From Desulfobulbus propionicus (GTDB lineage Bacteria > Desulfobacterota > Dissulfuribacteria > Dissulfuribacterales > DYLC01), in NCBI GenBank assembly GCA_020722285.1, contig DYLC01000002.1, forward strand, positions 1 to 41,997: DNA of 41,997 nucleotides, given 5' to 3'. The number at the start of each line of letters is the position of its first letter. Position 1 is the first letter of the stretch. The notes under the pieces are model-generated. The model did no database searches and was not told the DNA's origin. It worked only from the letters and a program-made list of their open reading frames with translations. Position numbers and translations under genes: made by a program. Shown here piece by piece: positions 34,305-41,997 of this stretch.

Positions 34305-35165
34305 ATGGAAAGACACTTCAGCATAGTTTTCAAGAGGGGGTCTTCAAAGGCGGAGGCTTTTTCGAGTGACATAGCACAGCATATCTCCAGGCATGCCGGC
34401 TGTATTGTGGAGGTTGGTGCGGTAAATCCACAAAGTGAGGCTGTGATTGTTGTGGGAGGGGATGGGACTCTTCTGCATGTGGCGCAGGAGGCATATCTGC
34501 ATCAGATTCCGATTCTTGGGATCAACATGGGGTCTTTGGGTTTTTTGACCGAGGTCGGAGCCTGTGACGCCATGTTTGCTGTAGAAGAACTCATTGAGAA
34601 CCGGTTGAAAAAAGAAGATCGTCTCATGCTTTCAGTGTCAGTTGATGAAAGGGCGGCAGTTCGGTCTCCTGAACATAAAATCCGTCAGGACACAGAAGTT
34701 ATTTGTGGTTTTTTAGCCCTGAATGAGGTGGTTATTACCAGGGGAGATACCGGCAGAATGATAACGCTGCATGTGTCATGTAACGGGGCTTTCTTGTCGT
34801 CCTACAGGGGAGACGGCCTTATTATCTCCACACCTACAGGCTCCACAGCCTATAATCTCTCTGCAGGCGGCCCAGTGGTGCATCCTGGCACAGACGCTGT
34901 AATTCTTACGCCAATCTGTCCCTTTGCCCTTGGCTCCCGCCCCATTATACTGCCGTCAAACATTCAGTTGTCTGTCACCCTTGATAATCTTCATAATGAT
35001 ATACTGCTTGTCATAGACGGTCAGGCAACCCATGATCTTGCCATGACAAGCAGACTTACTATCAAAAAGGCCCAGCAGACACTTAAACTGATAACTTCAC
35101 CGGTCAAGGACTATCTTACGATTCTCAGGGAAAAGCTCGGCTGGGGAAAGGTGGTAGGGGCTTAA
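34305..35165 (+). CDS. nadK: NAD+ kinase
   Basis: GGDGTLL, NEVVI and GDGLIISTPTGSTAYNLSAGGP motifs. Confidence 0.95.
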   Translation: MERHFSIVFKRGSSKAEAFSSDIAQHISRHAGCIVEVGAVNPQSEAVIVVGGDGTLLHVAQEAYLHQIPILGINMGSLGFLTEVGACDAMFAVEELIENRLKKEDRLMLSVSVDERAAVRSPEHKIRQDTEVICGFLALNEVVITRGDTGRMITLHVSCNGAFLSSYRGDGLIISTPTGSTAYNLSAGGPVVHPGTDAVILTPICPFALGSRPIILPSNIQLSVTLDNLHNDILLVIDGQATHDLAMTSRLTIKKAQQTLKLITSPVKDYLTILREKLGWGKVVGA

Positions 35166-35509
35166 GCCTCATCTCCCATTTCAGGTTCATTTTTTTTGAA
35201 GCAGCTTGCAAGCCGGCCTTTTTCCCTTTCCATGGCCTCACGTCCTGACTCCCATGCGTCTTCAAGCTCGGAACGTTTTTCATCAATTACCTCGCGGCTC
35301 TTTTCCCATGCGTCATTTGCTTTGGAGCGGACTTCATAGGCGGTCTTTGATGCCTGTTCCCTGAAGTTTTCCATGCTTTCCCTGAGCTTTTCACGATTTT
35401 CAGGCCCTGAGCGGGGAGTTACCAGAGCGGCTACTGTTGCACCAACAATGCCACCGAACAAAAAAGCAGCAAAGATGCTCCCGAGAGAGCTGTCATTGTT
35501 ATAACCCAT
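35162..35509 (-). CDS. YtxH domain protein
   Basis: The AGGAGG RBS favours ATG 35509 (MGYNNDSSLGSIFAAFLFGGIVGATVAALVTPRSGPENREKL). An N-terminal TM is followed by a charged helical tail, which is typical of YtxH. Confidence 0.75.
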   Translation of the reverse strand: MGYNNDSSLGSIFAAFLFGGIVGATVAALVTPRSGPENREKLRESMENFREQASKTAYEVRSKANDAWEKSREVIDEKRSELEDAWESGREAMEREKGRLASCFKKNEPEMGDEA

Positions 35510-36107
35510 TTCTTTTTCCTCCTTTTTTCTTTGAAAATATCCTTGAAACAGCCTCAATCGTAGCGTTTGCGCCTGTTATCAGGCTGCTTACCTGGATTGC
35601 AAGATTTGTTACCCGAGGCCTGAGCATTGCAACTACATCCTGCACAGTATCGCCTGTCTCTCCTATTGCCCGGAAAATGCCCTGGGCGTCTTCAAGTCTG
35701 CCCCTGACATCCTTTGTCATGCCCTGCAGTTCAAGCCCAAGCCTCCTGAGTTCCTTTATCATAGGCGAAACCTCATCCAGCACCTTTGAGTCCACATTTG
35801 CCGCCAGTTCGTTATATTTTCTGGCAGAACTCACAACCTGTTCAGAAATGGACGCAGTAATACCTTCAAGCCGAGAAAGCGTCGTTCTGACTTGTTCAAG
35901 CGTCAGCGTTGCCTCCTGCTGAACGGCATTCAGATTGGTCACTGTGGGCTGAATGTGTCCATTAATATCTCTTAGTGTCTGCTGTGCAAACAGCAGCGTC
36001 TCCTCAACCCTGTTGAGGGTCTGCTTCACTGCCTTGATGAGGCCGGCAACAATAAACACCAGTATGCCTAAAATGACCAACAAAACAATAGGTAAAAAAT
36101 CTGCCAT
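35499..36107 (-). CDS. DUF948-like membrane-anchored coiled-coil protein
   Basis: An N-terminal TM (FLPIVLLVILGILVFIVAGLI) followed by repeated helical segments. It overlaps the ytxH start by 11 nt, a pairing commonly seen with YtxH. Confidence 0.6.
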   Translation of the reverse strand: MADFLPIVLLVILGILVFIVAGLIKAVKQTLNRVEETLLFAQQTLRDINGHIQPTVTNLNAVQQEATLTLEQVRTTLSRLEGITASISEQVVSSARKYNELAANVDSKVLDEVSPMIKELRRLGLELQGMTKDVRGRLEDAQGIFRAIGETGDTVQDVVAMLRPRVTNLAIQVSSLITGANATIEAVSRIFSKKKGGKRNGL

Positions 36108-36208
36108 GTTATTTTTAATTTTCCTTTAGAGAGATTGCAAAAAAAGACAATTTTAGAATCTCCAGTTATTGATAAACACTTTCAGCGTCATACATTTCAG
36201 ACTGCTTT

Positions 36209-37414
36209 TTATCCTCCAAAGTGTTTTTTCATAAACTTGTCAATTCTATCATAAGCATCATTTAAAACCGTGAGGGTTGGCAGAAAGACGAGTCTGAAAT
36301 GGGCTGTATCAGGATACGGCCCGAAACCGCTGCCATGCACCACTACAACGCCTGTCTCTTTGATGAGTTTTTTGACAAATTCTGTCTCTTCCATTTCCAC
36401 ATCCACCCGTGGAAATGCATAAAACGCCCCGTTAGGACTTTGACATGAGATTCCTTGAATGGCATTGAGCCTTTCCACCGTGAGGTCTCGCCTGGCTCGC
36501 ATCTTGGCTATAGCCTTCTGGATATGGTCGTCATTACCATTCAGGGCGGGTGTGATGGCGTACTGGCCTGGATGACATGCGCAGAGTCTTGCCCTGCCAA
36601 GTTTGCGCATTGCCTCAATATAATCTTCCAGAAGCTCAGGCGCTCCGCTTGCCACTGCCCAGCCAATGCGAAAACCAGGGGCAAGATAACACTTGGACAG
36701 GCCGTTAAACGTAATCATCGGGAGTTCGCTGTCAAGCGAGGCGATGCTGATGTGAGGCTGGCCATCAAGGATCAGCTTTTCATATATTTCATCACTCAAT
36801 ATAGGCAGATTGTGTCTTCTGGCAATATCAATTATGGCCAGCAGCGTCTCTTTGTTGTAAACTGCCCCTGTCGGGTTGTTGGGGTTTATGATGACGATTG
36901 CCTTTGTCCGTTCGTCTATCTGGCTTTCAAGGTGTTCAATATCTGGCTGCCAGGCATTTTTTTCATCCAGTTTGTAAAACTTCGATTCCCCAAGAAGACG
37001 GGACATGATGGCTGAGTACAGCGGGTAGCCTGGCGATGGCAGCAGCACATTGTCCCCCTTGTTCACTATTGCCGACAGAGCAAAGTCAATGCCTTCGCTG
37101 GCGCCGTTTGTGATCATGACTTCATAAGGTTCGAAGTGATTTTTTGTGCGGACATAGCGTTGTATGCTTTCGATAGCTTCGTGGATGCCCTCTGACGGGG
37201 AATAGCCTGTGTGTCTTGACTTCATTGCAACATAGGTGGACTCAATGAGGTGGGGCGGGGTATCAAAATCAAAGAGGATTGGATCACCGATGTTAAGATA
37301 GATGAGGTCTCCGCCCGCCGCCTGCCTTTCCTTTGCGATGGAAAGGATATCCCTGATGGCGTAGGCTATGTGCTGTGTTCTCTTTGATGGTATTATTTTT
37401 TTAAACGAACTCAT
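36209..37414 (-). CDS. PLP-dependent aminotransferase, class I/II (alanine/aspartate aminotransferase family)
   Basis: YLNIGDP, GY.PS.G, INPNNPTG and the PLP-Lys context FNGLSKCYLAPGFRIGW. 401 aa. Confidence 0.88.
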   Translation of the reverse strand: MSSFKKIIPSKRTQHIAYAIRDILSIAKERQAAGGDLIYLNIGDPILFDFDTPPHLIESTYVAMKSRHTGYSPSEGIHEAIESIQRYVRTKNHFEPYEVMITNGASEGIDFALSAIVNKGDNVLLPSPGYPLYSAIMSRLLGESKFYKLDEKNAWQPDIEHLESQIDERTKAIVIINPNNPTGAVYNKETLLAIIDIARRHNLPILSDEIYEKLILDGQPHISIASLDSELPMITFNGLSKCYLAPGFRIGWAVASGAPELLEDYIEAMRKLGRARLCACHPGQYAITPALNGNDDHIQKAIAKMRARRDLTVERLNAIQGISCQSPNGAFYAFPRVDVEMEETEFVKKLIKETGVVVVHGSGFGPYPDTAHFRLVFLPTLTVLNDAYDRIDKFMKKHFGG

Positions 37415-37515
37415 CTACTTTAAACTCCAATATGGCAAAACTGTAATTCAGATGATATAACATTTCACCCAATAGAGTATATTGTCAATCATTTTTTTTA
37501 GAAGTGAACGTCTAA

Positions 37516-37706
37516 AAGTTGCCTTTTCGTTCAATGGTTGCGTTGTTTGTAGGGGAAAAATGCTTAAAGGGAAGTTCCAAAAATTGCCCTTTTGCCCAAT
37601 GGCTGTGTTATTTTGAGGCTGAAAATGCTCACATACAGTATGCTGCGCTTTTCAGCCTCAAAATGCCTTGCCCTTAAACGAAAATTTTAATTTTTAGGCG
37701 TTCTCT
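37516..37706 (+). mobile_element. MITE-like repeat, copy E: internally deleted version (37568-37706) preceded by a partial tandem duplication of its left arm (37516-37564)
   Basis: AGGGAAGTTCCAAAAATTGCCCTTTTGCCCAATGGCTG...TTTTGAGGCTGAAAATGCTCACATACAGTATGCTGCGCTTTTCAGCCTCAAAA. This is a 15-bp perfect inverted repeat around the core. It lacks the GGCTGGCAAATTGC palindrome module. Confidence 0.8.
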
Positions 37707-37738
37707 GAGAATACTTTTGTTATAAGCAAGAAAAAAAC

Positions 37739-39862
37739 ATGTCAAAAGACAACACGAACAACACTTCGCAGGAAAAAAACAGTAAATCAGGGGCATTAAC
37801 CCTCATTATCATTATTTTGAGCGCAGCATTTCTGCTTACTTCAGCATTTATCTGTATTGCCATAGGTTATGTTTATCTTGGTTTGCCCGATGTGTCGAGT
37901 ATCAGAAATTATCGTCCTGCCATGGTTACAACGGTTCTCGATGCTGACATGAACCCCATTGCCTACTGGTATGAACAGAAACGCTGGCCAGTAACCAGGG
38001 AGCAGGTGCCTGACCTGGTTGTGAAGGCATTCCTGGCAGCCGAGGATTCCAGATTTTACGAACATCCAGGCATAGATTTCAAAGGGGTGCTGCGTGCTGC
38101 ATTCAAAAACATTGAGGCAGGCGGTCTGGTGCAGGGAGCAAGCACGATAACACAACAGGTCACGAGGGCGCTTCTTCTGACTCCTGAAAAAAGTTTTGTC
38201 AGGAAATTTAAGGAAGCCATGCTTGCATGGCAGATAGATTCAAGCCTTACGAAAGATGAGATCATAACTATTTATTTAAACGAAATATTTTTTGGGAATA
38301 ATGCTTATGGAATCGAGTCTGCCGCAAGGACATATTTTGGCAAGCACGTTTGGGAACTCTCCCTTTCCGAAGCTGCCATACTGGCAGGCCTGCCACAGGC
38401 GCCAAGCAAATACAACCCCTATAAAAACATTGAAGCCGCCAAAAAAAGGCAGTCCTATGTTTTGAAACGAATGGCAGAGGAGGGATTTGTCAGTCATGAC
38501 CTTTCCCAGCTTGCCTACGATGCCCCCGTGTTTCTTGCTAAAGAAAGTTTGGATGTTGCCCCTGGCACAGAATTTTTTCTGGCAGACATAAGAAGAGACC
38601 TGGAAAAACGGTATGGGGTAAACCGTCTTTTGACTGATGGCCTTACCATCCAGACTACCCTGAAGAGTGACTGGCAGACAAAAGCCAATGATGCGGTTCG
38701 GGAAGGCATGGAAAAGCTGATAAAAAGGCATCCTAAGGACAAGGAGCTTGACAAGGCCCTGCAATCTGCTCTTGTGGCCATAGACCTGACCAATGGTGAT
38801 GTAAAGGCAATGGTGGGCGGCAGGGATTTCGCCCATGATCAATTCAATATTGTCACGCAGGGCAGGGTGCAGCCCGGCTCCTCATTTAAGCCGATTATAT
38901 ATTCTGCTGCAATTGCTGAGGGGTTGATCTCGCCAAATACCCTGATTGTGGATGAACCCATCAGTTTTCCTCCTGGAAAGTCAGGCCAGTCATGGCAGCC
39001 TAAAAACTATGACGGCGAATATCTCGGTCCGATCACCATAAAGACCGCTCTTACCATGTCCAGAAATGTTATTTCAGTCAAGATTGCAAAGATGCTCGGC
39101 ATTAAGAAGATACACAAAACAGCAATGGAGATGGGTATCAAGTCACAGCTTGCTGATGACCTCACAATCGCCCTTGGTTCCTCAGCGATCCCTCTGATAG
39201 AGCTTGTGCAGGCATACAGCAGTTTTCCAAATCATGGCATCAGGGTGACTCCAAGGTTTATAAAAGGGGTCTGGGACAGGGATGGCAGCCTGCTGGAGGT
39301 GTCTGAACCTGTGCTTCTCAAGGGACTTGAGCCGGTGGCAGCCTATCAGATGCTGGATATGCTTCGCGGTGTTGTGCAGTCAGGTACCGGTACTTACGCA
39401 AGATCATTAGGGGTGCCTGCTGGCGGTAAAACAGGCACTACGGATGATTGCAGGGACGCTTTATTTGTCGGTTTCACCCCTGAGGTGGTGACTGGGGTGT
39501 GGTTTGGTAGAGAGGATAAAAAATCCCTTGGGGCAAAAGAGACAGGCGGTTTGGTGGCATGTCCTGTCTGGACAGAGTTTATGAGATGTACACTTGCCGA
39601 TATGCAGAAAACCAGCTTCGATGAGATGCCTGATGAAGCAGTGCTCGTGCCTGTTGACAAGGCAACCGGCGAAAAACTTAATGAGGAGCAGTTGCAGCAG
39701 GCCATGGCAGAAGATGCGAAATCTGTGGAGTGGGTGGTGCTTGATAACAAGAAACTGATGGAAGAAAGTGTTGAATCCGACAAGCAGGAAGACTTTCTCC
39801 CTGATGACGCTGGTAATCAGAAAAAAGAGAAAGATTTTGAATTCAAGTTGCCAACTTGGTAA
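37739..39862 (+). CDS. mrcA: penicillin-binding protein 1A (bifunctional glycosyltransferase/transpeptidase)
   Basis: GT51 motifs EDSRFYEHPGIDF, GASTITQQ and RKFKE. TP motifs SSFKP and KTGTT. N-terminal TM anchor. Confidence 0.93.
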   Translation: MSKDNTNNTSQEKNSKSGALTLIIIILSAAFLLTSAFICIAIGYVYLGLPDVSSIRNYRPAMVTTVLDADMNPIAYWYEQKRWPVTREQVPDLVVKAFLAAEDSRFYEHPGIDFKGVLRAAFKNIEAGGLVQGASTITQQVTRALLLTPEKSFVRKFKEAMLAWQIDSSLTKDEIITIYLNEIFFGNNAYGIESAARTYFGKHVWELSLSEAAILAGLPQAPSKYNPYKNIEAAKKRQSYVLKRMAEEGFVSHDLSQLAYDAPVFLAKESLDVAPGTEFFLADIRRDLEKRYGVNRLLTDGLTIQTTLKSDWQTKANDAVREGMEKLIKRHPKDKELDKALQSALVAIDLTNGDVKAMVGGRDFAHDQFNIVTQGRVQPGSSFKPIIYSAAIAEGLISPNTLIVDEPISFPPGKSGQSWQPKNYDGEYLGPITIKTALTMSRNVISVKIAKMLGIKKIHKTAMEMGIKSQLADDLTIALGSSAIPLIELVQAYSSFPNHGIRVTPRFIKGVWDRDGSLLEVSEPVLLKGLEPVAAYQMLDMLRGVVQSGTGTYARSLGVPAGGKTGTTDDCRDALFVGFTPEVVTGVWFGREDKKSLGAKETGGLVACPVWTEFMRCTLADMQKTSFDEMPDEAVLVPVDKATGEKLNEEQLQQAMAEDAKSVEWVVLDNKKLMEESVESDKQEDFLPDDAGNQKKEKDFEFKLPTW

Positions 39863-39943
39863 GGTGATGGCGTATTTGCGAGGAGGCAAGGCAGAGTCAT
39901 GCGAATAGTTTTAGTTTTGCATTCAAGCGGTATAAGATTTAAT

Positions 39944-39964
39944 GGAAAGTTCCAGAAATTAGCC
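39944..39964 (+). repeat. solo MITE left-end (GGAAAGTTCCAGAAATTAGCC)
   Basis: Matches the left TIR of copies C and E. No recognisable body or right end follows. Confidence 0.55.
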
Positions 39965-40009
39965 TCACTTTTCTATTATTTTTAGCGACTATTATGAAGG
40001 AGTGAAAAG

Positions 40010-41153
40010 ATGAAATACGCACATGAAGACGCAATGGTACTTGCGCAGGAATTGCATGAAAAACTCTCTGATAATGAGAAAAAGATTGAAGTATTAAGAG
40101 GGTATCTTTGATCAGGAGAACCTTGAGCAACGTCTTGAAACAATAGAAAAACAGATGCTTGAGCCGGGTTTCTGGGAAGACCCGCGGCATGCCGAGTTCC
40201 TGAAGGAGCGCTCTTTGCTCACAGACAGAAAGGAGCAGTGGCGCACCCTTCATTCCATGCTGGAAGATATGCTACTCATCCTTCAACTTTCTGATGAAGA
40301 AGGGGATTTCCATAGCCTTCAGGAAGTGAAAAGAGGCTGCGATGTTCTGACAGCAGCTATTGAAAAAGCAGAGCTTTCACGTCTTCTTTCAGACAGATAC
40401 GACTCCTTTAATGCCATTGTTACAATACATGCAGGGGCAGGCGGCACAGAGGCCCAGGACTGGGCCGAGATGCTGATGAGGCTTTATTTACGCTGGGTTG
40501 AACGTCACTCTTATTCTGTCACCACACTTGATTATATATCTGGTGACGAGGCTGGCATAAAAGGCATCACCTTTCTGGTGGAAGGTCCATATTCTTATGG
40601 CTATCTCAAAGGCGAGGCAGGGGTGCACAGGCTTATTCGCATCTCGCCGTTTGACGCCTCAGGCAGGAGACATACGAGTTTTGCATCGGTTTTTGTGGCG
40701 CCGGAATTAGATGACACCATAGAGGTTGATCTTAACGAAAAAGACCTGCGAATTGACACTTACAGGGCAAGTGGCGCAGGGGGACAGCACGTTAACAAGA
40801 CGAGTTCCGCTGTCCGCATAACACATCTGCCGACAAATATTGTTGTACAGTGTCAGAATGAACGCTCCCAGCATAAGAACAAGGCTTATGCCATGAAGAT
40901 GCTGATGGCGAAGCTTTATGAACGGGAAAAGCAGAAGCGGGATGCAGAGAAACAGAAGATACATGATGACAAAAAGGATATATCCTGGGGCAGCCAGATC
41001 AGATCATATATCTTGCAACCTTATCAGTTGGTCAAGGATCATCGCACAGGCATGGAGATGGGAAATGTGCAGGCTGTGCTGGATGGCGAGATAGATGGAT
41101 TTATCGAGGCATGGCTGCGTCAGGAAAGCATTCCGGCAGCGCCTGTCCAATAA
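40010..41153 (+). CDS. prfB: peptide chain release factor 2, requires programmed +1 frameshift (join 40010..40108, 40110..41153)
   Basis: AGGAG RBS. ORF0 is [33 protein letters not shown], ending at the in-frame TGA (40109-40111). The +1 frame continues [24 protein letters not shown]... and contains SPF and GGQ ([13 protein letters not shown]). Confidence 0.95.
40097..40112 (+). promoter_or_regulatory. prfB +1 frameshift (recoding) site: AGAGGG TAT CTT TGA T
   Basis: An SD-like AGAGGG lies 3 nt before the slippery CTT followed by UGA. This is the same architecture as the E. coli AGGGGG TAT CTT TGA C site. Confidence 0.9.
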
Positions 41154-41167
41154 CGATACAAAATCAA

Positions 41168-41650
41168 ATGAGCAACGAACATATAAAAATTGTCTGTCAG
41201 AACAGAAAAGCCAGGCACGACTATTTTATCGAAGACACTGTTGAGGCCGGGCTTGTACTTTTAGGGCCTGAGGTCAAGGCGCTGAGGCAGGGCAGGGGCA
41301 ATCTAACTGACAGCTATGTTGTATTTTCAAAAAATGAGGCATGGCTTTATGGCGCCCATATTTCCACCTATTCACATGCCACAGACCTTGCAAGAAATGT
41401 TGATCCACTACGACCTCGAAAGTTACTGCTTCACAGAAAAGAGATATTAAAGCTTGGCGGCAAGGCTGTTGAAAAGGGATATACGCTTGTGCCGCTTCAG
41501 ATTTATTTCAAAAAGGGCAAAGCCAAGGTGGAGATAGGTCTTGCAAAGGGCAAAAAACTTTACGATAAAAGGCAGAGCATAAAGGAAAGGGATGTGCAGC
41601 GGGATTTGCAGAAAAATTTCAAAGGATTACTTCCAAGTAACTCAACTTAA
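41168..41650 (+). CDS. smpB: SsrA-binding protein
   Basis: The internal ATG at 41168 gives [40 protein letters not shown]. 160 aa with a basic C-terminal tail. Confidence 0.93.
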   Translation: MSNEHIKIVCQNRKARHDYFIEDTVEAGLVLLGPEVKALRQGRGNLTDSYVVFSKNEAWLYGAHISTYSHATDLARNVDPLRPRKLLLHRKEILKLGGKAVEKGYTLVPLQIYFKKGKAKVEIGLAKGKKLYDKRQSIKERDVQRDLQKNFKGLLPSNST

Positions 41651-41825
41651 CTTGTTGAAATTGCGTTTTTTTGATTTTCACCGGTAATTGTGGCAAAAAT
41701 AGTCAGATGTTACTTAATGATAAACCCCCGCCACTGGTGGGGTGAGCCGCTAACAGAAGATTGGCCAGATATCGTATTTTGCAAAACCAGCGAGCATCCA
41801 CAAAAAAAGGACAGGCATTTTTTGT

Positions 41826-41966
41826 TTTTCCGAGCATACGCCGAGCGATTTCTTTACGGGTTGTCATTCCGAGCGATAGCGAGGAATCTTTTTGCGCGGG
41901 GTTGGGATTTCTCGCCGCTTCGCGGCTCGAAATGACAGATGTGGTGGTGCTTGTCGAAATGACAGA
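41826..41966. repeat. unrelated palindromic repeat cluster (GTCATTCCGAGCG... / ...CGGCTCGAAATGAC; direct repeat TCGAAATGACAGA x2)
   Basis: GTCATTCCGAGCGATAGCGAGGAATC (41863-41888) is an imperfect inverted repeat of GGATTTCTCGCCGCTTCGCGGCTCGAAATGAC (41905-41936). TCGAAATGACAGA occurs at 41927-41939 and 41954-41966. CCGAGC recurs three times upstream. Confidence 0.6.
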
Positions 41967-41997
41967 AACATAATGCGCCCGCTCATATTTGCCCAAA

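Noticed and set aside
41651-41997. Possible tmRNA (ssrA) gene directly downstream of smpB.
   Set aside because: There is no GGGGCTGA-type 5' end, no tRNA-Ala-like acceptor/T-arm (GGTTCGA...CCACCA), and no tag-peptide reading frame. The region is instead made of palindromic repeats.
1-41997. A CRISPR array, cas genes, toxin-antitoxin pairs, integrase/transposase genes or prophage genes.
   Set aside because: No regularly spaced direct repeats with unique spacers were seen. No ORF shows the corresponding motifs. The only mobile-type sequences are the non-autonomous MITE-like repeats.

Overview
This 42 kb window looks like a chromosomal segment from a Desulfobacterota-like (deltaproteobacterial) anaerobe. 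That taxon call is an inference from gene content and synteny, not a database hit.

Most of the window is housekeeping:
- lepA.
- A pilD plus pilMNOP-secretin type IV pilus assembly block, followed by nikR.
- The conserved minus-strand run DUF1844-ispE-tRNA-Gln-prs-rplY(ctc)-pth, continuing into hisH-hisF-DUF1343.
- A DEAD-box helicase, secB and gltB.
- ddl, nadK, a PLP aminotransferase and PBP1A.
- prfB with its programmed +1 frameshift, and smpB.

The left ~9 kb looks accessory and visibly more AT-rich. It holds two tandem monohaem cytochrome c paralogs and a coiled-coil outer-membrane barrel. It also holds an MCP, a PATAN/DUF4388 protein and a PilZ protein. Finally there is a translationally coupled pair: an orphan 546-aa protein with only motif-level GalT/HIT resemblance, and a sensor-less sigma54-activator-like ATPase lacking GAFTGA.

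The strongest signal not explained by genes is a MITE-like family of about 120-235 bp. It has highly structured internal palindromes and terminal inverted repeats (AGGGAAGTTCCAGAAATT...). I found 5 large copies, 1 short relative and several solo or abutted ends. All are intergenic, and most sit within 0-16 nt of a stop codon. Both spacers of the prs-ctc-pth operon carry a copy, and secB is bracketed by two.

Two gene remnants are present: a PAS/receiver fragment and a vWA gene with an internal deletion. I saw no CRISPR array, rRNA, intact transposase or tmRNA.
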